Shown one piece after another: positions 27,330 through 37,138 of a DNA stretch of 64,000 nucleotides. The translations under genes were made by a program, and so were the position numbers. This stretch comes from an uncultured Syntrophobacteraceae bacterium (GTDB taxonomy: Bacteria; Desulfobacterota; Binatia; UBA9968). A model generated the notes under the pieces. The model did not search any database and had not been told where the DNA came from. It saw only the letters and a list, made by a program, of their open reading frames with translations. Every line of letters starts with the position of its first letter. Position 1 is the first letter of the stretch. The stretch lies in contig CAZNES010000004.1 in assembly GCA_964572145.1 (NCBI GenBank), forward strand, positions 13,443 through 77,442, in the 5' to 3' direction.

Positions 27330-28841
27330 GTGCTTATGCAATCATATGGTTTGGATGCAAGAAGAGTAGTCAATGTGTTTTACGTGCAGAAAGGGTTTAT
27401 TATTACCGTATTTTTAGTCATTTTTGGCTTGGCGGTTTATCTGTCAGCGAGCCTGCCCGATATCTACAAATCGAGCACTCTGATCCTTATCACGCCGCAA
27501 AAGCTTCCGCCTTCCTATGTCAATTCAACTGTGACAACGTCCCTCGATCAACGAATCCGTTCGATAACCGAGGGCATCTTCAGTCGCACCCGGCTCGAGA
27601 GAATCGTCCAGGAGTTTAACCTATACCCGATGCTCGGTAAGATGGATGGGCGTGTAGAGAGATTGCGCAAAAGCATTCAAATCGACGTGCGTAGGACCGA
27701 TGCCTTTGCGCTTTCCTATGAACATAGAAACCCTGAGAAAGCGATGCAAGTCACGGCTCGGCTTGGAGGGCTTTTCATCGATGAGAATTTGCAGATAAGA
27801 GAGCAGCAGGCAACCGGAACGACGATTTTCATCAATGCAGAGGCCGATAGATTGCGCAAGGATTTGGAAGAGCAGGAACAAGAAGTCAATCTCTATAAAG
27901 CACAACACCGTTTCGAGCTTCCGGAACAACTCGAGGCGAATCTCAGGACGCTTGAGCAGATTCGCGCGGAACTCCAGGGCAATATGCTGCGCCTGACGTC
28001 TCTACAGGAACGGAAAGGGAATCTGGAAAAGCAACTGGTGGAAACCAAATTTGTCGTCGCCGAAGGACAAGGCGGCTCCGGCTGGCAGTCGATTGACGAC
28101 CGGAAGCTGCAGTTGGAAGACCTTCGTACCCGCTATAGTGACAGACATCCCGACGTCCTTCGTTTGAAGAGCCAGATTCAATTGTTGGAGGCGGAAGCAA
28201 AGAAACAAGCTACGCAGACTAAAGGATCTCCAGCAACGGAGGTGCCTGTGCTGCAAAATCCCCTTCAGCAAACGCTTTTCAAGCAGATCTCAGAGTTAAA
28301 TTTGGAAATCAACGCCCTCCGATCACGCAACGAGATTTTGCGAAACCAGATCGCATCGTATCAGGCCCGCGTTGACAATACTCCGGTGCGGGCCATTGAG
28401 CTTTCGAAGATCAGTCGGGTTTATGACATTACCCTCAAGAAATACAACGACCTTCAGGGTAAGGCACTTGATTCACTATTGTCGGAAAACATGGAGAAAA
28501 AACAGAAGGGCGAGCAATTCCAGGTCACCGATCCCGCCAATTTGCCGCAACAACCCGTGGCGCCGGACCGAATGCGTATTGTGTTGGTCGGCCTGGTGTT
28601 AGCGTTGACCGCCGGGTTTGGGTTGGCATTTATGAGAGAAAATTTAGACACCTCTTTCAACCGGGGCGAAGAACTGAGAGAGCACATCAATCTGCCGCTC
28701 CTAGCCACGCTGCCCGCCATCATCACGCGTGGGAGTATTCTGGAGCATCGGCGTTCTCAAATGAAACTGTTGTTGGCTTCGGTAATGGTGTTTGTGGTCG
28801 GGGCGGTTTCTATTCATCTGTACGGAAGCCTATTCTATTAG
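27330..28841 (+). CDS. Polysaccharide co-polymerase / chain-length determinant (GumC/EpsF-like, Wzz domain with long coiled coil)
   Basis: N- and C-terminal TM segments flanking a long coiled-coil periplasmic region; Wzz-like N-terminal segment. Confidence 0.75.
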   Translation: MLMQSYGLDARRVVNVFYVQKGFIITVFLVIFGLAVYLSASLPDIYKSSTLILITPQKLPPSYVNSTVTTSLDQRIRSITEGIFSRTRLERIVQEFNLYPMLGKMDGRVERLRKSIQIDVRRTDAFALSYEHRNPEKAMQVTARLGGLFIDENLQIREQQATGTTIFINAEADRLRKDLEEQEQEVNLYKAQHRFELPEQLEANLRTLEQIRAELQGNMLRLTSLQERKGNLEKQLVETKFVVAEGQGGSGWQSIDDRKLQLEDLRTRYSDRHPDVLRLKSQIQLLEAEAKKQATQTKGSPATEVPVLQNPLQQTLFKQISELNLEINALRSRNEILRNQIASYQARVDNTPVRAIELSKISRVYDITLKKYNDLQGKALDSLLSENMEKKQKGEQFQVTDPANLPQQPVAPDRMRIVLVGLVLALTAGFGLAFMRENLDTSFNRGEELREHINLPLLATLPAIITRGSILEHRRSQMKLLLASVMVFVVGAVSIHLYGSLFY

Positions 28842-28906
28842 AGGCGTCGGGACTTTCTCAGTATCACATCTCAACATATCGGTGAAAAATTTGACTGGAG
28901 GTTTCT

Positions 28907-29794
28907 ATGAGCAGAGTTTTTGAAGCACTAGAGAAGGCGAGCAAAGAAAGGACGGAGGTTGTGATCGAGCCTGCGAATGGGCAGACGCAGGCGTGGAAAG
29001 AAACGGTCGCCCCTAAAGTAGCGGACGTCAAGCCTAAGTCCAACGGCGGGCATCCTTCCATCTTAGCTCCAGGGAAATCCTGGCGCGAGAGGGCCGAGGA
29101 GCTTCTCTTTGGGCGAGACCTCAGGAGCTATGACAACTTTCCCCTTGTTGCCGTCGATAAAGGTTCTCCCGCGGCAGAGCAGTATAAGATCCTCCGTGAG
29201 CAGGTGAGGAAGCTCCGCGGACCGGCGGGAACACGGATTATCTCGGTTACCAGTCCTATCAAACGCGACGGCAAGTCAACCGTATCAGCGAACCTCGCCG
29301 TGGCCTTGGCGCTGGATTACGGCGAGCAAGTCCTTCTCATCGATTGCGATCTCCGCAACCCGCAAATGCATCAATACTTCGGTCTCCCGCGCAATCCGGG
29401 ACTAACCGATTATCTAACTTCAAGCTCCAACGGGAATGTTCTGAATTACGTCCAACAGACTTCGCTGCCCGGTCTCAAGCTTCTTCCGGCTGGGAAGTCT
29501 GCCGGTATCTCGTCAGAGCTCTTGGCGATGGACAAGATGCGAACTATTTTCGCGGAGATCCGAGAAAAGTTTCCTAACCATCAGATTATCGTCGATAGCC
29601 CGCCCGTTCTCTCGACCCCGGAACCGTTGATCTTGAGCGCCCAAGTTGACGGAATCATCATGGTCGTCCGCGCCGGCAAAACTCCGCGGGACTGCTTGGT
29701 CGAAGCGATTGAAAGCCTCAAGACCGACAAAATCATGGGCATTGTGTTAAATGGAGCCGAGCTTGGGATCACCTCCAAGTATTATTACTATTGA
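28907..29794 (+). CDS. BY-kinase (CpsD/EpsG-like tyrosine autokinase ATPase)
   Basis: Walker A SPIKRDGKST, Walker B LLIDCDLR; C-terminal Tyr cluster SKYYYY. Confidence 0.8.
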   Translation: MSRVFEALEKASKERTEVVIEPANGQTQAWKETVAPKVADVKPKSNGGHPSILAPGKSWRERAEELLFGRDLRSYDNFPLVAVDKGSPAAEQYKILREQVRKLRGPAGTRIISVTSPIKRDGKSTVSANLAVALALDYGEQVLLIDCDLRNPQMHQYFGLPRNPGLTDYLTSSSNGNVLNYVQQTSLPGLKLLPAGKSAGISSELLAMDKMRTIFAEIREKFPNHQIIVDSPPVLSTPEPLILSAQVDGIIMVVRAGKTPRDCLVEAIESLKTDKIMGIVLNGAELGITSKYYYY

Positions 29795-29821
29795 TAGAAC
29801 GGCGAGGAATCCTAACTGCCC

Positions 29822-31222
29822 ATGAGGCTGTTAAAACGCTACTATTCCGGCTTCCATTTGCTCTTGCCTTCGGTGGATCTCACCATGGCGGTGCTGATCG
29901 CCGCGATAAGCTGGTGGGTGGTGGATTTTCGTGACATTCGAGCCGGAGTCTACTGGGTCCGATACCTGTTGCAAGGAGGGTTCGTTGGAATCCTGGTTGT
30001 TATCGTTTTTTACTATTCAGACCTTTACTCGCTCGATTCGACCTTGCCTGGAAGGGAATGGTCGCTTCGTCTGGTCACTGCGTTCGGGATTGCTTGTCTC
30101 ATTTTGGGTACGTTGAGTCACTTTATACCCAGACCCGGATTGCGAGATATCTCTCTCACCACGATGCTCCTGATAGGGCTCGGGATTTTTGCGTGGCATA
30201 TCGAATTTACACGGCGGCTGAAGAAGCGCAGGATCTGCGGCAAGATTCTGATTGTCGGGACCCAGACGATCGGAAAAATCCTGGCCGAAGAATTATACCG
30301 CTGGAAACATTTGGGAATGGAGGTCGTCGGCTTTATCGCCCCCCAACCCGGGCGAATCGTGCTTTCTTACGGAAATCCGACGCCAGTCAGTTTGCCGGTG
30401 TTTCCTCGTCACGCCACGATTCAAGTGGTGGAGAGCAATGGTGTCAACCGAATCCTCGTCGAGGGCCCGGAGAGCTGCGCGGATTTTCCCGCCCAGGATC
30501 TGGTTATGCTCCGTATGCGCGGTACGCCGATCGAGGACTGCCACCGGTTCTACGAGCGCGTCATGGGCAAAATCCCCATCACGGATCTTCAACCCGGATG
30601 GCTCGTTCTTTCAGAGGGGTTTCACCGGAATCGTTGGATATTGTCCAGTAAAAGAATTGTCGACATTGCGGTGTCAATCATGGGCCTGATACTATCCGCT
30701 CCCATCACCTTGCTGGCGGTGATCGCCATCAAGTTGGATTCCAAAGGACCGATTATTTATAGTCAGGAACGAGTGGGGCAGTACGAGCGTCTTTTCAAGC
30801 TGTACAAGTTCCGCTCGATGTGTAACGACGCTGAGAGTGGCAGTGGCCCGGTTTGGGCGGTAAAAAGTGATCCACGGGTCACCCGCGTCGGGAAAATACT
30901 TCGTAAACTCAGAATCGATGAGATCCCTCAGATGGTCAACGTCCTCAAAGGCGAGATGAGCTTTGTGGGGCCAAGGCCGGAGAGACCGTTTTTCATTTCG
31001 AAGCTCAAAGAAAAGATACACTACTATCACCTTCGCTTTTCCGTTAAGCCGGGGCTTACGGGTTGGGCGCAAATCTGCTATCCCTACGGCGACAGCGAAG
31101 AGGCCGCGATCGAAAAATTGCACTACGATCTCTATTATTTGAAAAATATTTCCGCGTTGTTCGACCTCCAGATCATCTTCGAGACTCTTAAAACCGTTCT
31201 TCTTAGGCGCGGCGCCCAGTAA
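29822..31222 (+). CDS. Undecaprenyl-phosphate hexose-1-phosphate transferase (WbaP/ExoY-like priming sugar transferase)
   Basis: Four N-terminal TM segments, a central Rossmann-like region, and the C-terminal bacterial sugar transferase domain (KLYKFRSM...PRVTRVGKILRKLRIDEIPQMVNVLKGEMSFVGPRPE). Confidence 0.9.
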   Translation: MRLLKRYYSGFHLLLPSVDLTMAVLIAAISWWVVDFRDIRAGVYWVRYLLQGGFVGILVVIVFYYSDLYSLDSTLPGREWSLRLVTAFGIACLILGTLSHFIPRPGLRDISLTTMLLIGLGIFAWHIEFTRRLKKRRICGKILIVGTQTIGKILAEELYRWKHLGMEVVGFIAPQPGRIVLSYGNPTPVSLPVFPRHATIQVVESNGVNRILVEGPESCADFPAQDLVMLRMRGTPIEDCHRFYERVMGKIPITDLQPGWLVLSEGFHRNRWILSSKRIVDIAVSIMGLILSAPITLLAVIAIKLDSKGPIIYSQERVGQYERLFKLYKFRSMCNDAESGSGPVWAVKSDPRVTRVGKILRKLRIDEIPQMVNVLKGEMSFVGPRPERPFFISKLKEKIHYYHLRFSVKPGLTGWAQICYPYGDSEEAAIEKLHYDLYYLKNISALFDLQIIFETLKTVLLRRGAQ

Positions 31223-31463
31223 TGACCGTCGACTTTGCCGGTCATCTTTGTCCCACCTCAGACTGCCGAAGCTCTCTTTCCCCAATCTGGAACTCTTCGA
31301 AAGTTCTTTAGCCGTCGCCTTTTTGGCCGGTAAGGGCAGAGCCGTGCGCCGGATTCGATGTGGCGCGAAAACGCGTGAGCAGCCGCAACCCGCGGCTTGG
31401 GCTTCTGACGCAATTGAAAGGCTCCCAGCGCGCGATCTGGAAAAACTTGCCGTTGAGGGCTCT

Positions 31464-32336
31464 ATGTTAAATGCGTTAAGCGTTGATGTAGAAGACTACT
31501 ATCAAGTCTCGGCCTTTGAGTCGGTGGTTCGGTTCGAGGAGTGGGGCCGTCGTGAGAGTCGAGTGGAGTGGAATACCCATCGCGTCTTGGATCTTCTCGA
31601 TGAATATGACGTAAAGGCCACTTTTTTTGTTTTGGGCTGGGTTGCCGAAAGAAACCCCACGCTGGTGCGGATTATCTCGAAGCGCGGTCATGAAGTCGCC
31701 TCTCACGGATATGCCCATCAACTTGTTTATACTCAGACGCCCGAGGCGTTCCGAGAAGAAACCCGGCGCGCTAAGAAAATCACCGAAGATATCATCGGCC
31801 AGGCCATTATCGGCTACCGCGCGGCCAGTTATTCGATCACCGCGCGTAGCCTGTGGGCGCTGGACATTTTGGCCGAAGAGGGATTTCAGTACGATTCCAG
31901 CATTTTTCCAGTACGGCACGATCGGTATGGGATACCGGGCCACGAGCGATTTTTTCATATTCTCAACGGCAATGGACATCTCTCCATCGCCGAGATTCCT
32001 CTCTCGACCGTCCGAATTGCGGCATTAAATATTCCCATCGCCGGCGGCGGGTATTTGAGGCTATTGCCATACTCGATGACTCATCTCGCTTTGCTTTACT
32101 TGAACCGGCTGGAAGGCCAGCCGGCTATCGTTTATTTTCACCCCTGGGAGATTGATCCGGACCAGCCGCGGATCGATGCCAGTAGGACCAGCCGGTTTCG
32201 GCACTATACGAACTTAGGCGGCATGGAGCGTAAACTGCGCAAGCTCTTGGCTAACTTCTCTTTTGCCCCGATACGCGAGGTTTACCAGGGTAGCTTCAGC
32301 ATGCCCGTGAACGCTGTGCGGAGTGATGCAGCCTGA
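31464..32336 (+). CDS. Polysaccharide deacetylase family protein (PEP-CTERM-locus subfamily)
   Basis: ATG at 31464; NodB-homology motifs (LSVDVEDYY, TFFVLGW, HGYAH). Confidence 0.8.
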   Translation: MLNALSVDVEDYYQVSAFESVVRFEEWGRRESRVEWNTHRVLDLLDEYDVKATFFVLGWVAERNPTLVRIISKRGHEVASHGYAHQLVYTQTPEAFREETRRAKKITEDIIGQAIIGYRAASYSITARSLWALDILAEEGFQYDSSIFPVRHDRYGIPGHERFFHILNGNGHLSIAEIPLSTVRIAALNIPIAGGGYLRLLPYSMTHLALLYLNRLEGQPAIVYFHPWEIDPDQPRIDASRTSRFRHYTNLGGMERKLRKLLANFSFAPIREVYQGSFSMPVNAVRSDAA

Positions 32337-33366
32337 GATGCAGGTCGAAGAGGTCTCGCTGGGCGAAGCAACGTGGGACCCTTATGTTATTGGTCATGCA
32401 CGGGCAAGCGGTTACCACTTGATGGCATGGCGGCGGGTCATCGAGAGAGTCTTCGGACACCGCACGTTTTACTTGGCAGCGAGGGATGAGCAAGGACAAA
32501 TTCGCGGGGTCTTACCGTTGGTTTGTCTTTCGAGCCGGATCTTCGGTAGCTTCCTGGTGTCTCTTCCCTTTGTCAATTATGGTGGGGTGCTGGCGGACAA
32601 TGCCGTTTCCCAAGACGTGCTGTTGAGGCGCGCGGTAGATCTGGCGAAGAAGCTCGGCGCCGGCCACATCGAACTTCGGCACGAGCAACTGCCCGGTCTG
32701 GAATGGCCGAACAAACAGCACAAGGTCTCTATGCGGCTGGAGTTGCCCGATGAGTTCGACATCCTCTGGAAGAAGTTCCCCGCGAAGCTGCGCAGTCAGA
32801 TACGGCGGGCCGAGAAGGAAGGGATGACTTTCCGAGTCGGAAGAGACGACGCACTGGAGGATTTCTACGCTGTTTTTTCAAGGAACATGCGGGATCTCGG
32901 AACCCCGGTGTACAGAAAGACTTTTTTTGCCGAGATTCTGAGCAGCTTCCCAGACACTTCTCGTATCGGCATCGTCTATCTGAAGCATCGACCCATAGCT
33001 GCGGCATTCTTGTACAGCTTTCGTCGTGTTTTGGAAATTCCGTGGGCCTCTTCGGACCGGCGATACAACCGCCTCGCCCCGAACATGTTGCTGTACAAGT
33101 CGGTGCTTGAGCACGCCTGCCAAGCTGGGTTTCAGGTATTCGACCTCGGGCGTTCAACTCCCGGTGGCGGCACGTACCGCTTCAAGGAACAATGGGGAGC
33201 CCGGCCGGTTCAGCTTCATTGGCATTACTGGCTATCCAGCGGCGGTCCGCTTCCAGACTTGAGCCCATCGAACGAGAAGTTTCGGTGGGCCATTTTTTTG
33301 TGGCAGCGGCTCCCCTTGTTCGTGAGCGAGCGCCTGGGGCCGAGCATCAGCAGATCGATACCCTAG
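32323..33366 (+). CDS. FemAB-related / GNAT-fold protein (PEP-CTERM-system-associated type)
   Basis: ~345 aa with the FemAB-like acyl-transferase fold pattern; its position after the deacetylase matches known EPS loci. Confidence 0.65.
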   Translation: MMQPEMQVEEVSLGEATWDPYVIGHARASGYHLMAWRRVIERVFGHRTFYLAARDEQGQIRGVLPLVCLSSRIFGSFLVSLPFVNYGGVLADNAVSQDVLLRRAVDLAKKLGAGHIELRHEQLPGLEWPNKQHKVSMRLELPDEFDILWKKFPAKLRSQIRRAEKEGMTFRVGRDDALEDFYAVFSRNMRDLGTPVYRKTFFAEILSSFPDTSRIGIVYLKHRPIAAAFLYSFRRVLEIPWASSDRRYNRLAPNMLLYKSVLEHACQAGFQVFDLGRSTPGGGTYRFKEQWGARPVQLHWHYWLSSGGPLPDLSPSNEKFRWAIFLWQRLPLFVSERLGPSISRSIP

Positions 33367-33382
33367 AGGCTCTATTTAAGAT

Positions 33383-34234
33383 ATGGAAGTCACGGAACCA
33401 CACCCGGCCATTGATATCCCGGTTGTTCGGATCGACGCCTTGGACAACCGGTTTTTATGGGAACTGCGGGAAATGTGGCAGCACCGGGAACTGCTGTATT
33501 TTCTCATTTGGCGTGAGGTCAAGGTACGGTATAAACAAACCGCCATCGGCATTTGGTGGGCGGTCCTTCAACCCTTCATGATGATGGTGATCTTCGCGGT
33601 CATCTTCGGTAAATTTGCGAACATTCCCTCCGACGGTTTTCCGTATCCGCTTTTTGCCTACACCGCGCTCCTCCCGTGGATATATTTTTCTCAGGCAGTC
33701 ACTCGCAGCGCCTATAGTCTCGTGGGCGACGCGAGTTTGCTCCAGAAAGTTTACTTTCCCCGCTTGATTCTCCCCTTAGCGGCGGTAATTGTGCCGCTGA
33801 TAGATTTTTTGTGTAGTGTTTTGGTGCTGCTAGGCATGCTCTTCTGGTACGGTGTAACACCGACCGCCGCCTGGCTGACCTTGCCGATTTTTTTATTCAT
33901 GGCTTTTTTGACTGCGCTTGCGGTAGGACTTTGGCTGGCGCCGCTGAATGTCCGATATCGGGACGTCAACGTCGCTATCCCCGTTTTAATTCAGTTATGG
34001 ATGTACGCTTCACCGATTGTGTATCCGACGAGCATGGTGCCGGAAAAATGGCGCTTGCTCTACAGTCTCAATCCCATGGTCGGCGTCATCAACGGGTTCC
34101 GGTGGGCTCTGCTGGGGGACGCAACGGTGAATTGGTGGCCGGTCTTAGTCAGCGTCTTGATGATCGCGCTCGTTTCGTTCGTTGGAATCATTATCTTCAG
34201 GCGCGCCGAGCCGTTTTTGGCGGATATTATCTAA
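33383..34234 (+). CDS. ABC-2 type polysaccharide export permease (Wzm), copy 1
   Basis: 6 TM; YRDVNVAIPVLIQLWMYASPIVYP ABC-2 signature. Confidence 0.85.
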   Translation: MEVTEPHPAIDIPVVRIDALDNRFLWELREMWQHRELLYFLIWREVKVRYKQTAIGIWWAVLQPFMMMVIFAVIFGKFANIPSDGFPYPLFAYTALLPWIYFSQAVTRSAYSLVGDASLLQKVYFPRLILPLAAVIVPLIDFLCSVLVLLGMLFWYGVTPTAAWLTLPIFLFMAFLTALAVGLWLAPLNVRYRDVNVAIPVLIQLWMYASPIVYPTSMVPEKWRLLYSLNPMVGVINGFRWALLGDATVNWWPVLVSVLMIALVSFVGIIIFRRAEPFLADII

Positions 34235-34253
34235 CAAAGCGCGGTCAGCTTTT

Positions 34254-35507
34254 ATGAGCGATATCGCTATTAGCGCAGAAAATCTGAGTAAGCGATACTT
34301 TATCAATGTGCCGAGGTTTCGCCACGATACCTTGCGTGATCGTATCATCGATGTGGCGAGCGGGTTGTTTTCCCGCAACGGTTATTCCTCGCCGTCCGAG
34401 GGAAGCGTCTGGGCATTGAGCCAAGTCTCCTTTGAAATAACGAAGGGACAAGTCGTCGCGGTCATCGGTCGCAACGGCGCCGGAAAAAGCACTCTGTTGA
34501 AGATACTGTCTCGTGTGACCAAGCCGACGAGCGGTTCTGCGGTGATCCACGGCCGAGTCGGATCTCTCCTGGAGGTCGGCACGGGGTTTCACCCGGAGCT
34601 GACCGGCAGAGAGAACATCTATCTAAGCGGCGCCGTCTTGGGCATGCGCAAGGCTGCTATAGAGCGACATTTCGATGAGATCGTCGATTTTTCCGGTGTG
34701 GATAAGTTCATCGACACTCCCGTAAAGCGCTACTCGAGCGGTATGTTTGTCCGGCTGGCTTTTGCCGTGGCGGCGCATCTCGATTCCGAAATCCTCATCG
34801 TCGATGAAGCGCTGGCGGTGGGCGACGCGGCGTTTCAAAAAAAATGTTTGGGAAAGATGGGGGATATAGCGAAGGGTGGAAGAACCATCTTGCTCGTCAG
34901 CCATAACATGGGATTTGTTTCCAGCCTGACTCAATCTGCCATGGTCTTGGAAAACGGCAGGCAAAAGTTCTTCGGTGATACCGCCCGAGCCGTTCCCGTG
35001 TACCTGGCGAACGTCTCAAAAAAGGAGCGGGAAAATCTATTGGAGCATGCAAACCGCGCGCCGGGCATGAGACCGGCCTTCATCTCAGCCGGTCTCAGTG
35101 ACAGCGATGGACTAGCGCGGGACATCTTCTCCACGGGCGAAGAGTGGTCTCTGGAAATGGAATATGCTTGCGTGGACGAGGTAAAACTAGCCGGCGCCGG
35201 ATTCACGATCTCGACATCCGATGGCATTCTTGTGGGCGAGTTGAATTCCTTCATGTGTTTGCCGCCCCCTCATCGAATCGCGCCAAAAGGCAAAATACGA
35301 TTTTGCATCCCCGAGCTGCCGCTGTGTCCGGGGTCTTATACCGTAAGCCTCTTTTTGGTGAAGGACGATACTTTCCGCTACGATAGTATAGATTGCGCCC
35401 TCGATTTTTCGGTCGAGAAGAACGATCCGACCGGCACGGGATTCGTCCTTACACGAGCGCATGGCCTGTGCGCGTTAAAAGGCTCCTTCCAAGATACGGA
35501 TGGATAG
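34254..35507 (+). CDS. Polysaccharide ABC exporter ATP-binding protein (Wzt) with C-terminal carbohydrate-binding-like domain, copy 1
   Basis: ATG at 34254; Walker A GRNGAGKST, signature YSSGMFVRLAF, Walker B ILIVDEALAVGD; ~150-aa C-terminal extension. Confidence 0.9.
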   Translation: MSDIAISAENLSKRYFINVPRFRHDTLRDRIIDVASGLFSRNGYSSPSEGSVWALSQVSFEITKGQVVAVIGRNGAGKSTLLKILSRVTKPTSGSAVIHGRVGSLLEVGTGFHPELTGRENIYLSGAVLGMRKAAIERHFDEIVDFSGVDKFIDTPVKRYSSGMFVRLAFAVAAHLDSEILIVDEALAVGDAAFQKKCLGKMGDIAKGGRTILLVSHNMGFVSSLTQSAMVLENGRQKFFGDTARAVPVYLANVSKKERENLLEHANRAPGMRPAFISAGLSDSDGLARDIFSTGEEWSLEMEYACVDEVKLAGAGFTISTSDGILVGELNSFMCLPPPHRIAPKGKIRFCIPELPLCPGSYTVSLFLVKDDTFRYDSIDCALDFSVEKNDPTGTGFVLTRAHGLCALKGSFQDTDG

Positions 35508-35590
35508 CGCGTTGGCGACTTAAACCCATCCACAGCCGAGCATTGCCCTAGCGGGAGATTTGAGGCAGTTCAAGTATTACGGGAGATCTG

Positions 35591-36514
35591 ATGGAAGTTA
35601 CGACTCAATCTGATGATGCTTCCAGCCGCGTGCCCGGTGAAAAGGAAACGATGTCTAGGTTCGACGTGCGCGACGAAAAACAAGAAAAGCCGGATCTGCC
35701 GAGCATTCGTATCGAGCATTCCCGCGGTTGGGTTTCGCTTCGACTCCGGGAGCTATGGGATCATCGAGAGCTTCTTTATTTCCTGGTCTGGCGTGACGTG
35801 AAAGTACGCTACAAGCAGGCGGCCCTTGGCGCCACCTGGACAGTAATCCAACCGCTGATCACGATGATGATCTTTACCGTGATCTTCAGCTATTTTGCGA
35901 AAATATCTACGGCGGGGGTGCCTTACCCGCTTTTTGTTTTCAGCGCTCTGTTGCCTTGGTACTATTTTGCGTCGGCGTTCGCCCGCGGCGGCAACAGCCT
36001 TTTGGGCGACGCCCATCTAATCGAGAAGGTTTACTTTCCGCGCTTGATTCTTCCGCTTTGCGCTGTGACCACCCCGCTGATGGATTTCTTGTTCAGTTTT
36101 GTAGTTCTGATTGGCCTGATGTTCTGGTTCGGAATCACGCCTACGTGGAACGTAATGGTCTTACCTTTTTTCGTTTGTCTAGCGTTGCTGACCGCTCTTG
36201 CAACGTGTCTTTGGCTCGCGCCTCTCAATGTCAGATACCGCGACATCGGCCACACCATCCCGTTTCTGATTCAGGTATGGATGTATGCTTCTCCGGTGGT
36301 TTATCCGGTGAGCATGATTCCGGAGCGATGGCGCTTGCTCTACAGCCTGAACCCGATGGTAGGCGTGATCGAGGGCTTCCGCTGGGCACTATTCGGCAAC
36401 AAGAGACCGGCTTTCGACTTGATGGCGGTGAGCGTCGCGATGGTGTTGCTGCTGCTTTGGGGCGGAGCGATGTTCTTTCGGCGGATGGAACGGACGTTTG
36501 CGGATATCGTATGA
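35591..36514 (+). CDS. ABC-2 type polysaccharide export permease (Wzm), copy 2
   Basis: ~65% identical to the 33383-34234 product over the core; the start may be an internal Met. Confidence 0.85.
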   Translation: MEVTTQSDDASSRVPGEKETMSRFDVRDEKQEKPDLPSIRIEHSRGWVSLRLRELWDHRELLYFLVWRDVKVRYKQAALGATWTVIQPLITMMIFTVIFSYFAKISTAGVPYPLFVFSALLPWYYFASAFARGGNSLLGDAHLIEKVYFPRLILPLCAVTTPLMDFLFSFVVLIGLMFWFGITPTWNVMVLPFFVCLALLTALATCLWLAPLNVRYRDIGHTIPFLIQVWMYASPVVYPVSMIPERWRLLYSLNPMVGVIEGFRWALFGNKRPAFDLMAVSVAMVLLLLWGGAMFFRRMERTFADIV

Positions 36515-37138
36515 TGACAGCCGACGGTCGACCGCCGACGGTAGACGGACGACGGCCGGTGAGAGACCGCCGACAGTAGACGGTCCATGGCCCTTGGTCC
36601 ATCGTCCACGGTCCGCCATCGTCAGTCCCTCGTCAACCGTCTGCGGTCAGCGGTCGGTATTTTGTTAAATGTACAAATTTGAGAAATTAGAAGTTTACCA
36701 GTTGGCTCTCCAATACACGGATATGATTTACAGCCTCACGGAAAAGCTTCCGAAGAACGAGGAACACAATCTGAAGTCTCAAATAATACGGGCCGCCACT
36801 TCGGTCGTGCTCAATATTGCCGAAGGCTCGACCGGTCAGAGTGATGCGGAGCAAAGACGGTTCCTGGGTATGGCAATTCGTTCGCTTTTGGAAACTGTAG
36901 CCTGCCAACAACTCATTGAACGTCGTCGATATGTTAACAAGGAAGAACTATCTAAGGATTACGAGTTTAGCCAGATGCTTTACGCGAAGCTCCAAGCCAT
37001 GCGTCGCTCGCTCCAAAAAAGCAGGAATGAAAAGTGAAGACCCTTATTGGCTGTCCGCCGTCGCCCATCAATGGTCAGCGATCTTCTTCATCAGTCTACC
37101 GTCCTCTGTCTACCGTCAATCGTCGTTAATTTAATACC
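36515..37138. mobile_element. Inverted-repeat-flanked cassette carrying a four-helix-bundle (23S rRNA IVS family) gene, inserted between wzm2 and wzt2
   Basis: Upstream CGACGGTAGACGG / CGACAGTAGACGG plus GACCGCCGACGG; downstream the reverse complements GTCTACCGTC (x2) and CCGCCGTCGCC; lower local GC. Confidence 0.35.
36669..37037 (+). CDS. Four-helix-bundle protein (23S rRNA intervening-sequence protein family)
   Basis: MYKFEKLEVYQLALQYTDMIYSLTEKLPKNEEHNLKSQIIRAATSVVLNIAEGS... matches the family consensus (FExLxVWQ.A..L...IY..T..FP..E.Y.L.SQ..RAA.S...NIAEG). Confidence 0.75.
   Translation: MYKFEKLEVYQLALQYTDMIYSLTEKLPKNEEHNLKSQIIRAATSVVLNIAEGSTGQSDAEQRRFLGMAIRSLLETVACQQLIERRRYVNKEELSKDYEFSQMLYAKLQAMRRSLQKSRNEK

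Noticed and set aside
36515-36668. CRISPR array in the repetitive GGTCC/CGACGG-rich DNA
   Set aside because: The repeats are short, irregular in length and spacing, and have no consistent repeat-spacer periodicity. Inverted copies on the other side of the ORF fit a flanked cassette instead.
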